64,000 nt of DNA from Patescibacteria group bacterium (GCA_040389185.1 JAZKAJ010000011.1:1033-65032), one strand, 5' to 3'; shown: positions 36,271 to 46,534, counted from the stretch's first letter. Notes: generated by a model not told the origin, from the letters alone. Program-made: numbers and translations.

Positions 36271-36993
36271 TTGACTCCTGATTCATTACAAGGTCAAATA
36301 TTTGGTATAATTACTCATAACAGCATGAATACTGAAATCAAAATTGAACCTTCCTGGAAACGCTATTTAAGCGATGAATTTGTTAAGTCGTATTTTGAAG
36401 AACTCCGAAAGTTTGTAAAGTCAGAGTATCTCAAAAATAAGGTTTTCCCAGAACCTAAGAATATATTTAGGGCATTCGATCTCTGCCCATTCGACAAAGT
36501 AAAAGTAGTAATCATTGGCCAAGATCCGTATCATGGAGTAGGGCAAGCCAACGGTCTTTCCTTTGCAGTAGGAGAGAATGCGGCGATACCGCCATCTCTT
36601 AAAAACATTTTCAAAGAGATTGAAAGTGATCTTGGTATAAAGCCTTTCCAAAATGGAGATCTGACGAGATGGGCAAAACAAGGAGTGCTCCTTTTAAATG
36701 CGACTCTTACGGTCCGAGCGGAAAGTCCAGGATCACATCAAAATCAAGGATGGGAAGAATTCACTGATGCTGTGATCAAAGCGCTTTCAGAACATCGGAC
36801 AGGGCTTGTGTTTATTCTCTGGGGTAACTACGCAAAGAAAAAAGGCGCACATATAGATCGGACAAAACATTTTGTATTAGAGTCTGCACACCCTTCACCA
36901 TTTTCTGTGACGAAATTTCTCGGATGCCGACATTTCAGCCGAACAAATGAGTATTTGAAAGGAGAGGGGAAGAGTGAGATTGATTGGAAATAA
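36271..36993 (+). CDS. ung: uracil-DNA glycosylase (family 1)
   Basis: GQDPYH water-activating motif, GVLLLNATLTV, and HPSPFS leucine-loop region. The start may be the internal ATG at 36325. Confidence 0.85.
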   Translation: MTPDSLQGQIFGIITHNSMNTEIKIEPSWKRYLSDEFVKSYFEELRKFVKSEYLKNKVFPEPKNIFRAFDLCPFDKVKVVIIGQDPYHGVGQANGLSFAVGENAAIPPSLKNIFKEIESDLGIKPFQNGDLTRWAKQGVLLLNATLTVRAESPGSHQNQGWEEFTDAVIKALSEHRTGLVFILWGNYAKKKGAHIDRTKHFVLESAHPSPFSVTKFLGCRHFSRTNEYLKGEGKSEIDWK

Positions 36994-37033
36994 AATGAAA
37001 ATAAAAAATACGCGCTTGGGTACAAGCGCGTTA

Positions 37034-37178
37034 GGATTCCCAGTCAGCCTCTTTGAGTGCTTCTCTTGCTCCGTTCGTGAGATTGGAGCCAGATGGTCGT
37101 GGTTCTGGCTTTTGGGCAGGTGGATGGCAGTGTGGGCACGAGAAGTCTTTCCCGCATGTTGTACATTTCGTAGTCATA
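37034..37178 (-). CDS. possible small zinc-ribbon protein (48 aa)
   Basis: MTTKCTTCGKDFSCPHCHPPAQKPEPRP... contains CxxC...CPHC; below the ORF-track size cutoff. Confidence 0.25.
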
Positions 37179-37222
37179 GGTGTGTATCTCCATGGATTAA
37201 AATACCACAGTTCAATATACTG

Positions 37223-38401
37223 TCAAATACTTAGGTTTTTCCGAAGCCTTGCTTTTAGTTGTTCTTGTATTTTAGGACTTTCTTTAAGTAGTTTTGATTT
37301 GAGTATATCTGCAAAGACTAGGAGTTCTAGAGGTATTTTTTCATCCATCGGCACATTACCTGTTACATAATCATACATCCAAATAGGGTACTGTTTCGTT
37401 TGTTGGATAAGTTCAGCCCTGCTTATTTTTCGTTCAGCATCTTCCAATCTCTCGTTCAACACTTCATCTGTTTCATTGAAAGCACTATCCCAGAATTTTG
37501 CGCGATATTGTTCATCTCGCACTTCTTGCATTCGCACCACCTCCTTTTTCCATTCATCATTTTCAAACATCTTCCGCATATGCGGAAGGATTTTGCCTTG
37601 GACTAATTTCCAATCTGCAGCCTCAAGAGTGTCCTTGTGTTTGGTTGCTACTGCTTGTCCTTTTTGGTCGGTGCCTGGGAGGAGATATATATCTTCTTGT
37701 TTGCTTATGCGCTCCAGCACTGCGATGTTTTCAAGAATTTCATGCACCACCGCTTGATTAAAATCAACAACCAATAGTATTCGAGATTGACCATCATTAT
37801 CTTTATTTGTTTCTATCCTCACTATTTCAAATCCGTCTTTTCGTTCGATGGTTAGACTTTCCATATCAAGAGGCGTTTCTGTTTGATAGCCAAGCAAATA
37901 ATTTTTGCCTTCGAATTCGACAGCGATATACGGATGATCGGGAGTGATTGCCATCCTGACTGCGAAACCTTCATCTTTGAGGTCTGTGCCGAGTGCAATT
38001 GCTTTACCTAAGCAATTGAGTGCTGAGCCACCTTCGGGATCTTCGGCGAGTCTGGGTGTAAATCCCCAGCCTTGATATGAGTCTATAGCATTTACGCGCG
38101 CTAAATTATTGATATCATCAAGTGTTTTGGTTTGTTCACCCGTGACTTTAATTCCTGCAGGATCGATGCCGAGCTTTTCAAATGTCTGACTAATTGAATC
38201 GTGCACACTTTTTATTTTACCTGCTTGTGTGACAGGGAGTTCAAGCATTTCTCTTTGAATTGTCTCAGATATTTGATCGACATTTGATTGTGTTAAATCA
38301 ATATTCGGATCATTAACAAAAACAAGTTCATTGGCAACTCTGTGCCATGCTTTCTGCTCTGCCTCGGTCAGATGTTCAAATGTTTGTACCTGTTGTTCCA
38401 T
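37223..38401 (-). CDS. hypothetical protein
   Basis: 392-aa ORF, soluble, no recognised motif. Confidence 0.4.
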   Translation of the reverse strand: MEQQVQTFEHLTEAEQKAWHRVANELVFVNDPNIDLTQSNVDQISETIQREMLELPVTQAGKIKSVHDSISQTFEKLGIDPAGIKVTGEQTKTLDDINNLARVNAIDSYQGWGFTPRLAEDPEGGSALNCLGKAIALGTDLKDEGFAVRMAITPDHPYIAVEFEGKNYLLGYQTETPLDMESLTIERKDGFEIVRIETNKDNDGQSRILLVVDFNQAVVHEILENIAVLERISKQEDIYLLPGTDQKGQAVATKHKDTLEAADWKLVQGKILPHMRKMFENDEWKKEVVRMQEVRDEQYRAKFWDSAFNETDEVLNERLEDAERKISRAELIQQTKQYPIWMYDYVTGNVPMDEKIPLELLVFADILKSKLLKESPKIQEQLKARLRKNLSI

Positions 38402-38420
38402 ATTTTTGAGCAGTAATAGT

Positions 38421-38978
38421 TTACTTCCGCATATTCATATAATAGAGAATGAGTACAAATGAGAGAGTAGCAGAGGCAATCATAAAATAAATAAGAACCT
38501 CAAACCCAAAGAAAGTTGCAATAAGTCCACCAAAGATTGCGGCGATTCCACTTAGAATATCTTGGAGTGCTTCAAAGATTCCCCATTCATATGATTTAAT
38601 TTTTGCATCAGTGTGATCATCGAGCTCGGCATCAAACGCGGGATTAGCCGTCGCATTTCCAAGGGCAATGAGAACCTGCGCCATAAAAAGTGTAAACACA
38701 TCAGCGATAACGAGATACATCGCAATACCGAGAACCCAGATAAACCATCCCAAGACCATAAGAAGTTTTCGATGTTTTTGACTCCAGCTAGATCGGTGGA
38801 TGATCATTGTTGCGATTCCGCTTACGATAAGAAAAGTTGCGACTGCACCGGTAGCTTCAAGAATGTCTCCGCCAATTTTTTGCACAAAGATTGCATAAAT
38901 CGGTCCGATGATTCCTTCTGCGAATGTTGAGATTGCATAGGAGAGAACGAGGATTCGATAAAAACGATTTGGTGTCAT
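38421..38978 (-). CDS. hypothetical six-TM membrane protein (half-MFS-like)
   Basis: 185 aa, six hydrophobic helices. Confidence 0.4.
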   Translation of the reverse strand: MTPNRFYRILVLSYAISTFAEGIIGPIYAIFVQKIGGDILEATGAVATFLIVSGIATMIIHRSSWSQKHRKLLMVLGWFIWVLGIAMYLVIADVFTLFMAQVLIALGNATANPAFDAELDDHTDAKIKSYEWGIFEALQDILSGIAAIFGGLIATFFGFEVLIYFMIASATLSFVLILYYMNMRK

Positions 38979-39055
38979 AAAGGTATTTTAACAAGTTTGA
39001 GAGATGTGTCGAGGTTCGTCGTTTAAGATGGGGTGGATTCGAGATAGCTTTTTGG

Positions 39056-39490
39056 GTGGGGAGGAGTATCATTAATTCAAAGCACATTGAGTTAGTCAAC
39101 AATCAACCACAAAATGATATGGCTCACTACGAAATTTCAATGCTGGAAGATGGACAAGCCCGCGTTCGTTGGTTTGAAAGTGATCTTTGCATCTCGATTC
39201 GAAAGGGTAGGTGTTTCAATACACCAGCGGGCGGTTTACTAAGTGCTCGTGCTTATAAGGATCTTCAATACCGAAAGCCGCTCCTTATGTATTTTTGGAG
39301 TCCTTTCGGATCATCTGTAGATGTGTTTGCCACGTACCTCATATCTACATCAAACATGTTGCCCAATGTTCTCGTTTTCAATGATGAGGAACTTTGTACA
39401 CTTTATTTAACAGATCCGAATCTTGTACACCCAGTGTTGATGCTCATGGAAAAGGATCAACCGTTGACCATGCTGAGACCCCCTGCGTGA
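39056..39490 (+). CDS. hypothetical protein
   Basis: 144-aa ORF; no motif. Confidence 0.3.
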   Translation: MGRSIINSKHIELVNNQPQNDMAHYEISMLEDGQARVRWFESDLCISIRKGRCFNTPAGGLLSARAYKDLQYRKPLLMYFWSPFGSSVDVFATYLISTSNMLPNVLVFNDEELCTLYLTDPNLVHPVLMLMEKDQPLTMLRPPA

Positions 39491-39519
39491 ATGCGGGGCG
39501 GTTTTTTATTTGATAAAAT

Positions 39520-39819
39520 ATGGATATGAAAAAGATAAAGACTAAAATTGTAGAAACCAGAGTACCTACAGATCTTGCGAAAGCATTAAAGGCTCATCCT
39601 AAAGCTCTTGCACAATGGAAAGCGAATACTCCACTCGCACGAAGAGATTGGGTGTTGTGGCTCAGTACTGCAAAAAAAGAAGAAACTCGCGTACGAAGAA
39701 TTGAGAAAGCTATTTCCATGCTTTCTTCTGGAAAGAAAAGGATCTGCTGTTTTGGTGGAATCAATTGGTTAATCAAGATTGGAGAATTGAATAAGAAGGG
39801 TAAAAAAATAACTAAGTAA
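39520..39819 (+). CDS. YdeI/OmdA-family protein (DUF1801-like)
   Basis: TPLARRDWVLWLSTAKKEETRVRRIEKAISMLSSGKK pattern. Confidence 0.5.
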   Translation: MDMKKIKTKIVETRVPTDLAKALKAHPKALAQWKANTPLARRDWVLWLSTAKKEETRVRRIEKAISMLSSGKKRICCFGGINWLIKIGELNKKGKKITK

Positions 39820-40013
39820 TGATTTGGTCAAAAGAAAGACGAGAAGGTGTAAAGAGTACCTTTTATAATTTTCTCTACGCTTTATTACTTTTGGTTATTG
39901 TTTTTTATTTTGGGCCAGATATATATACGACAGAAGGAACAAAGCTTGTAATCTTTGTTTTCTATGTGATTTGTTTGTGGGTACTAGGAAAGATTTTTAA
40001 AAAATTAAATTAG
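39819..40013 (+). CDS. hypothetical small membrane protein
   Basis: 64 aa, two TM helices; start overlaps the previous stop. Confidence 0.3.
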   Translation: MIWSKERREGVKSTFYNFLYALLLLVIVFYFGPDIYTTEGTKLVIFVFYVICLWVLGKIFKKLN

Positions 40014-40954
40014 ATTTTTAATCGTGAACCAGACCCTAGAATGATTAGTACAATTGCAATTGAAAAGTGTGGCAAATGCCCGATGAGCTCTATGGGCCCA
40101 AGTAGATAGAGTGTGGTGATAAGAAATACTGCAAGTGCCAGTGTTGTTGTTCGAGTGACAAGACCTAGGAGGAAGAAAAGTCCGAAAAGTGCTTCAGATA
40201 CTCCAGCAGAATATGCAAACCAATAATTAGAGTATGAGTGAAATCCTAGCATCTCCATAAAATTCCAGTGATATTTTGAGAGGAAGTTGGCAGTGAGTGA
40301 CGGGTCAAGAATCTTTTCTGAGAATCCAAGTATCATGAGATTCAGTCCCGTACCAACACGGAGAAGGGGAAGTCCATATGGATGCAGCTTGTGTCTAAGT
40401 TTTAGAAAGGCATCAGTGTCTACAATCTTCCATTTTGATCTTCCTATGATCATTGCATACATAGCAAAGCCTAGCATTTCAAATGTATCCATCACATCCA
40501 TGAATCCAAATTCTTTTACCGAGAGACTAAATAGAATAAGAATAAGTAATCCTGCAATTCTCTCGTATATTCCAAATAGAATCATTGCTCCGGCAATACC
40601 TTGGATGCCGAGAAGCAATACATCATGAGTATGAAGTGGGGGAGCGAATACAAATTCATTGTAAGTAAATATCAAAAATGAGAGTCCAAATCCCATACTA
40701 GCAAATGACAAAATGTTCGGTGCCCACTTTTCAGTAAATACGTCAAACCATTTTGGAGTCTGTAATTTTTTCTCAAGATAGACTCCGATGAGGACTATAA
40801 TAAGAACAATAGCTATTGAAGCAATGACAGGTAAGTCGGACCATGAGTATGGTCTGACAAATGTTGTCTCGTGAGCAAACCATCTGACGTGTGCTTCTGT
40901 TATAAATGGAATGGAGAGAATCACGAAAGCAAACAGAGATATTTTTTTGAACAT
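40010..40954 (-). CDS. hypothetical polytopic membrane protein
   Basis: 314 aa, about 8 TM helices; 4-nt overlap with the convergent small ORF. Confidence 0.4.
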   Translation of the reverse strand: MFKKISLFAFVILSIPFITEAHVRWFAHETTFVRPYSWSDLPVIASIAIVLIIVLIGVYLEKKLQTPKWFDVFTEKWAPNILSFASMGFGLSFLIFTYNEFVFAPPLHTHDVLLLGIQGIAGAMILFGIYERIAGLLILILFSLSVKEFGFMDVMDTFEMLGFAMYAMIIGRSKWKIVDTDAFLKLRHKLHPYGLPLLRVGTGLNLMILGFSEKILDPSLTANFLSKYHWNFMEMLGFHSYSNYWFAYSAGVSEALFGLFFLLGLVTRTTTLALAVFLITTLYLLGPIELIGHLPHFSIAIVLIILGSGSRLKI

Positions 40955-40981
40955 TATTTATTTTAATTTGATAAATGAAAA

Positions 40982-41557
40982 CTATTTGCTGCGCCTAGAA
41001 TGTCGACGGAAGAAATAAAAGAGAATAAGGATGATGTAGGCGGTGAGTGACATCATCGGGATCGTAATATATCCAAAAGTGACAAAGAATATCTTTGCAC
41101 ATGAAGCTCCTTGTGAAGTACACATACTTAATATATCTGGGTTAAACATTTGTCCATAGTATTGAAATAGGGCAACTGTAGCACCACAAATCGAAAGCAC
41201 AAGACTATAGAGAAACACCATTTCATCTTCAACCTTCCTGATCTTTTCATTATAGAGCGCTATAGCAAAAATGATCACTTGAGGATAGAGGAACACTCTC
41301 TGCCACCAACAGAGTTCGCATGGATCAAATCCGATAATGTTTGAATAGATGAGACTTGTTGCAAGTCCTGTAAGACTAATCAAAAAACCAGCAAGCATCG
41401 CGTGCTCTGCTGCTTTTTGTGAGAGGTGGTGAAGAATCTGCGCTGGGTGTTTGAGAGTGATGAGAACAAGTGCAAGTGCGGAAAAGATTATCCCGATCTG
41501 TGCGAAGACGGTGAACCAGGAAAGTATGAGGGTGATTTGTTCTCCAAAAGGTGACAT
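40982..41557 (-). CDS. dsbB: DsbB/BdbC-family disulfide bond formation protein
   Basis: Four TM helices with a Cys pair CELCWWQRVFLYPQ plus a second Cys pair in the later periplasmic loop. Confidence 0.6.
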   Translation of the reverse strand: MSPFGEQITLILSWFTVFAQIGIIFSALALVLITLKHPAQILHHLSQKAAEHAMLAGFLISLTGLATSLIYSNIIGFDPCELCWWQRVFLYPQVIIFAIALYNEKIRKVEDEMVFLYSLVLSICGATVALFQYYGQMFNPDILSMCTSQGASCAKIFFVTFGYITIPMMSLTAYIILILFYFFRRHSRRSK

Positions 41558-42108
41558 AAAATTATAATAGCATTTCTTTTTAGATTAACTAAGTTGATTG
41601 TATATTGTTAGATATTAATAACTCTTTCTAATACAATACAATCGTTTTGTATATCATTCAGGTCTCATTATGTTCATTTTATTTTCTCTCCTTATTATTT
41701 CAAATAATTAGATATTTGTTGCAGGCGCAAGGTAAGTAAGTCAAGAACTGGAGTAAGAATTTTTCATTGAAAAAATGCTCCTGACTTGTATGAGAACTAA
41801 TATGAAAAAATGACACATTCGATGATATTGAACTCTTGAAAACTTGCATACAGATTGAAGATAACTTCGGCAATCTGAAACAGATTGCGTAATCTCACTT
41901 TAGCTGTCTGTTGATCTCCCGAAGGATACTTTGTAAACTACTTTTCTTCTATCTTCGCATACATATTAGTTTAGAAAATATAGTTGGTAATCCTTGCTGT
42001 TTCTGATTTCGCAAAGTGAGAAGGGTATTAGATCGGACGCTGTATACGAGAACACTTGTCTACGCGCTTCTTGCTCGTCGAAATAAGAAGTACTCTTGTG
42101 GCACAAAA

Positions 42109-42960
42109 TTACTTTCCTTTATACTTACCATCAAGCAGATCTCTCATTCCTTTATATTCAAATTGAACAGTTTTTGTTACCCATTTATTATTACGGATAG
42201 TGTGAGCATATCTAACCTTAGGTTCTTCATGGGTATTTTCTAAAACCTCCTCAGCAACAACGGGAGAAACCGCTATCGTAGATGCTTCGAATTTAGGCTT
42301 TAAAATTTCCATAACTTTTTCTCGGGTTTCTTTGATTTTTTTTGGATCCCACACCTCCTCCTCTTTTGGAGTACCTTCTTCAAGTAAAGAATAGATTTTT
42401 TCCTTTTCTTCGGGAGTTATTTCAAGATCTTTATCTGCCGTGAGTTTAAGCATTGCTTGTGAGAACATGACCCACGCCCGAAGCATATGAAAATCATTGG
42501 TAACAATTTCCACTTTTTTTACATCACCAAGATCTTCTTTGTGTGCTTGAATATATTCAAGAGTTGCACCTGCATTTCCAAGAGTCGAACCTTGCCCACC
42601 AATTGAAACCACATCTTCTTTTGCAATGCCTTCGGTATCTACGAGGCGCTTGGCAGCTTCATCAGCTCTTGAATCTCCGCTTTTTTCGTTCCCTCCTGTT
42701 GCCAAGACGATTATTTCTTCACCTATTTTCTTTGCATCTTCATAAGCAATCTTCACTGCTTCCTGTCTTGAAAACCCTCCTGAGACTTCACCAGGAAGAC
42801 TTGTGCCTGCATTCGTCTGGTTGGGAGTAAAAAGTTTAAATGCCCATTTTTTCTTACCTCCTCCATCTTCGATATTCCTTGGTGTCATTCGGGCACCCAA
42901 ATAGACCATAACTCTTTTTTTCTGTTCAATAATTTCTGCACTCGGTGGTTTTTCTATCAT
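42109..42960 (-). CDS. DUF218 (YdcF/ElyC)-domain protein
   Basis: VLATGGNEKSGDSRADEAAKRL...VVSIGGQGSTLGNAGATLEY...IVTNDFHMLRAWVMF matches the DUF218 pattern. Confidence 0.5.
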   Translation of the reverse strand: MIEKPPSAEIIEQKKRVMVYLGARMTPRNIEDGGGKKKWAFKLFTPNQTNAGTSLPGEVSGGFSRQEAVKIAYEDAKKIGEEIIVLATGGNEKSGDSRADEAAKRLVDTEGIAKEDVVSIGGQGSTLGNAGATLEYIQAHKEDLGDVKKVEIVTNDFHMLRAWVMFSQAMLKLTADKDLEITPEEKEKIYSLLEEGTPKEEEVWDPKKIKETREKVMEILKPKFEASTIAVSPVVAEEVLENTHEEPKVRYAHTIRNNKWVTKTVQFEYKGMRDLLDGKYKGK

Positions 42961-43493
42961 TTTTTAATTTTTATGCTAACTCTTAATCTTATTGCAATAC
43001 TATTATACCCCAAATTACGAAATGACCAAACCACACAATCTGATACAATACAAGAGCAACCGTAAGGTAGCTCTTGTATGTATGTTAAAAACATCCATCA
43101 AAATCTACAACACATTGCGAAATATTGGTACTAAAGTATTTTACACACTTAAACTTCAAAATACTACACTAGATAAATTTATGTTTATGTTTTGGTGTAG
43201 TCAAGCCAAAATGGAAAACGAGAAGGAAATTAATGGATGTAATGTGGTTATGAAATCAAATGAGAGAGCTTACAAGGCTTGGTCAGCGAAGATTGGTGGT
43301 CTAACTTGACTATGAGGTGGAGAAATATCTGCCGAGGAATTTGTCGAAAGAAGAATTTTTTTTCTGAGATTGAGATATTGGGTTTAATGAAGTTGATTGC
43401 CAACCGCTAGGGAGGCATTGATTATGCAAACCATTGACAAACGTGCATTTATTTGATATACTGAGTTTCAGTTCTTTAACAAGAAACACTGTG

Positions 43494-43547
43494 TGAGACT
43501 AGCTTTTTGTACCCTAATTTAGTTTAGGGTCTAAAAAGCTAGTCTCA
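43494..43547. repeat. 54-bp near-perfect palindrome upstream of a high-GC ORF
   Basis: tgagactagctttttgtaccctaa-tttagt-ttagggtctaaaaagctagtctca; 24-nt arms with 2 mismatches. Confidence 0.6.
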
Positions 43548-43603
43548 ACCTAAGACAAGCCGCTGCGGCGTGATCAGTCAAATCAATACAGGGATAAATA
43601 TCG

Positions 43604-44278
43604 ATGAAAAAAACATTGAGCACGTCTGCACTGGTAACCGCAGACAGTCCGAAAGAACAGAGAGCTACCAAAAAGTCCCGTTATACCCTGGCTCAATCAA
43701 TTCTCGGTGTGGATTTCATCACGCCAGAAGAGGTAGCCAAGGCTCGCGGGGCAATCTACACTGACGAGCAGATCAAGGCACTCGCCGAAAGTCTGCCGTC
43801 GGAAGACATGCTGAAGTGGTGCAAGGAAAATGGTTACGCCGTCATGCCCGCACCGCCCCAAGCGATGTCGTTGCTTGACGTTCGTAGTATCAAGTCCGAC
43901 CACTTCTACAACAAGACTGGGTGGCGGTATGCCGACCAGAAGTTTGCCCGTGAGGACAAGACGTCGTTCGGATGGCTTGCCATCAAGAAGACGCCAGTCT
44001 CGAACTCAGCTAGCAAAAACTGGGATGAGCAAAGCAAGCTCCTGTCCGCACTCGAGAAGGTGCCGAACGCTGCCGAAATGAGCTGGTTCATCACGACCTA
44101 CTTTGAGGTTCGTGGTGTCCGACTCTTCGAAGGTGTTTACGTTCGGACGTCCAGTCTCGACTCGGACGGCAACCACGTCCTCGTCGGCGGCTTTGACTCC
44201 GAGGGTCTCGGCGTCGACCGCTACTGGGCCAACGACCGCCACGACGTCCTTGGTGTCTCGGCCAGCAGGAAGCAGTGA
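43604..44278 (+). CDS. hypothetical protein encoded in a high-GC (foreign-looking) segment
   Basis: 224-aa ORF; GC visibly above 55% with many overlapping alternative-frame ORFs; no recognised motif. Confidence 0.4.
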   Translation: MKKTLSTSALVTADSPKEQRATKKSRYTLAQSILGVDFITPEEVAKARGAIYTDEQIKALAESLPSEDMLKWCKENGYAVMPAPPQAMSLLDVRSIKSDHFYNKTGWRYADQKFAREDKTSFGWLAIKKTPVSNSASKNWDEQSKLLSALEKVPNAAEMSWFITTYFEVRGVRLFEGVYVRTSSLDSDGNHVLVGGFDSEGLGVDRYWANDRHDVLGVSASRKQ

Positions 44279-44477
44279 TCCTTGAACCATTGAGCCTCCG
44301 CGAAAAATTTTTTCGTGGAGGCTCTGTCATTTTTATATTATTAAATCTAAGATATTTATATCTTGCTAATGTAACTTGGATCACGGTTCAAGTTCGCGAG
44401 ATATCTCACTTTGAAATATCGCCAGAATACTAATGCTTTACAAATCACGGTAGAGTGCGATTAAAGATAGAGAGAGC

Positions 44478-44605
44478 TCGTGTACTGAAACTGCAGAATG
44501 AGTAGTTAGGATATGTGCCTGCACCGGCTTCGCCGATGGCCTGGCGGACGGTATCTGCGTGAGAGAGGGGGGACGGTGAAGATGAGTTTGTATTTGGGCA
44601 TAGAT
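44478..44605 (-). pseudogene. frameshifted 5' fragment of a paralogue of the 47108-47431 gene
   Basis: About 88% nucleotide identity to 47307-47433 (start codon and first about 42 codons, MPKYKL(I/V)FTVP...). An extra C in the CCCCCC run shifts the frame. The fragment has GC-enriched third positions and is truncated at 44478. Confidence 0.6.
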
Positions 44606-44721
44606 TAAAGTGTAGCTTAGTTTTGGGAGGGAGAGGGTTTTGAAATATTTTTAGGGCGCAGGTAATGCCTTGGATCTAGGAGGTGTAATTCTTTGTTATA
44701 AGGAAAACAAAAATCAAGGGA

Positions 44722-45999
44722 TTATTTATTCTCCAAAATCTTGGGAACATTGAACATTGCGATTGTAATGTCGTCAGGTTTAGTAATATATTTACTGGTC
44801 ATTTCGCTTTTTATTTCAGCTTCATTTTTCACATCTTTGAATTTCATAGGATCGAAAGATTCAAGTGTGCCTTGTGTGAGCATAGTTTTTCGAATGTGAT
44901 ATTCATTAATGAAACCAGACGCTGTTCCTAGGACAGAGGGTGGTGTGAGCTTAAGTGTAGGATATTTCAATTCATATTTATCAAGCCAAGCTTCATTATA
45001 CTCTTTTGTTCTGGATTGATAGTTGTCAGAGAACCAGTCTGTAGCACATGTTATTGAATCTACATTTTGAACAGTGTGTATATTTTGTTTCAAATCAAAT
45101 GTGGTCTGTCGGCTTCCATCAGTAACACCAAGCGCTATACCAGTATCAGCATCATTTATATTGTCATCTCCATAAGAGATCAAGTTTCCATCTTTTGTTT
45201 TCACGTATACTGGTGAATCACCAAGCTGAAGTATGTTCACAGAACCATCGTCATTGATTCTACAAAGGGACATTGTGGTGTGGCCATTAAATTTATCTGC
45301 TTTAATTGCTGGATCTTTTGCTCTCACATCTTCAATAAATTTCTCAATAAGCGATTCTAGACCTCCATCTTCAAAGGCTTGTTCCCATGAATTGTTATCT
45401 TTTGTGAGCTCGTGTGATAAAAATCTGGCTATATCTCCGGAGTGTGGAGCGCCTCCCATCCCATCGGCAACACAGAATGTTTTTCGGTCTGGAGATATGC
45501 CAAATCCATCTTGCCCATGACTTTTTTCTTGTCTGTGTCTCATATTTGCATGAATGATTTTATAGCCGTCATCATCCAAATCGCCAAGCACTATTTTTTC
45601 ATTGCCTAATTCTAGTCCTTGATTGCCGTAAGTTTCATTTAGAGTTTCGTTGGTAATCGGACGATCTTTGAATTCCAAAGGTTCTTTTGAGAAAGAGAAT
45701 TGTGGTGGAGTATTAGGTATTGTTTGAACCATCTTCGGTTGAGATGCTGCTACTATTGGGACAGGTGTCGATTCTACGTTTCCATTTTTCACAAGTTGTT
45801 CTTTCAGAAATGTGTCAAAAAGACCAGTTCTCGTAGTCGGTGGCACAGGCTTTGATGGTATTTTTTGTGGTACCACTTGGCTCTCAATTTGTTTGCGTTT
45901 TAATAGATTATCAAATGATTCGGTCTGAGGTAACTCATCTTGAACAGGTTGCTGTCCGTTCTCCATAGATTTACGCAAGAGATCATCAAAATTACTCAT
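44722..45999 (-). CDS. PP2C-family Ser/Thr protein phosphatase with Pro-rich N-terminal region
   Basis: FCVADGMGGAPHSGD (PP2C DGxGG motif) and LQLGDSPVYV (GDS motif); 425 aa. Confidence 0.65.
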   Translation of the reverse strand: MSNFDDLLRKSMENGQQPVQDELPQTESFDNLLKRKQIESQVVPQKIPSKPVPPTTRTGLFDTFLKEQLVKNGNVESTPVPIVAASQPKMVQTIPNTPPQFSFSKEPLEFKDRPITNETLNETYGNQGLELGNEKIVLGDLDDDGYKIIHANMRHRQEKSHGQDGFGISPDRKTFCVADGMGGAPHSGDIARFLSHELTKDNNSWEQAFEDGGLESLIEKFIEDVRAKDPAIKADKFNGHTTMSLCRINDDGSVNILQLGDSPVYVKTKDGNLISYGDDNINDADTGIALGVTDGSRQTTFDLKQNIHTVQNVDSITCATDWFSDNYQSRTKEYNEAWLDKYELKYPTLKLTPPSVLGTASGFINEYHIRKTMLTQGTLESFDPMKFKDVKNEAEIKSEMTSKYITKPDDITIAMFNVPKILENK

Positions 46000-46040
46000 G
46001 TAAGGATTATATCAAAATATAGAAATACTGCTAAATATTT

Positions 46041-46266
46041 TGGGTGAGGCGAGAGTTTCGACCTCGACTAAATTTTTCTACCCGAAAAATTTGTCTGGTC
46101 ACCAGCTCACACCGCCGATGAGCTCATCGGCGACTACGCTTCGCTTCGTGTGTTCCGCTGTTCGAATCTCGCCTGTTTTTCGGAGAAAAACCAAGTTGCT
46201 TCGCAACTTGCCTCCGCCAATAAGAAAAAACACCTGCATCTGCACGGTGTTTTTTCTTATTGGCGG
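46041..46266 (+). repeat. tRNA 3'-half mimic structured element, type-1 copy A (partner tRNA-Ser)
   Basis: Its 5' end tgggtgaggcgagagtttcgac is antisense-like to the tRNA-Ser 3' end. The core is cgactaaatttttc-taccc-gaaaaatttgtctggtcaccagctcac, followed by the perfect hairpin cgccgatgagctcatcggcg. Sense T-arm/acceptor copy ccgctgttcgaatctcgcc and acceptor end cctccgcca follow. A 21-bp perfect hairpin closes the element at 46214-46266. Confidence 0.6.
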
Positions 46267-46534
46267 GCCACTGGAGTTAAGTGATAGAGGACTCAAGTGT
46301 CATAAGGATATTCTAGGATTTTTACAGAGAATATTCGAGGCACTTGAGTCTAAGGTGGACTTTCTATAAAATGAGACAACTGAGACAGTTTTGAGAGGTT
46401 TGAAATACGCGCATTGTAAAATTGAAAATTCGTGGTATTGTTTTCGCGTTAGTCTAACCGTTCGACAGTATCTAAAGAACTGTCTCATGGTAAGACAGTT
46501 CTTCGATATCTAACGAATCAACCTCTCGTAACCT

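Noticed and set aside
41558-42108. 550-bp AT-rich intergenic region considered for a riboswitch, RNase P, SRP or 6S RNA; also the ORFs 42016-42243 and 42992-43309
   Set aside because: No conserved ncRNA signature (e.g. the RNase P GGAAAGUCCGG or the SRP domain IV motif) was found by eye. The ORFs are low-complexity. The region is left unannotated.
46040-46369. Possible tmRNA (ssrA). The region 46041-46330 starts GGGTGAGGCGAGAGTTTCGAC, has a tRNA-like T-arm and many hairpins; the + ORF 46040-46369 was also considered.
   Set aside because: There is no tag reading frame ending in a stop, no 3' CCA context, and no proper T-stem. The same architecture recurs at four other tRNA-associated loci, so it is better explained as a repeat-family member. 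The overlapping ORF is spurious.
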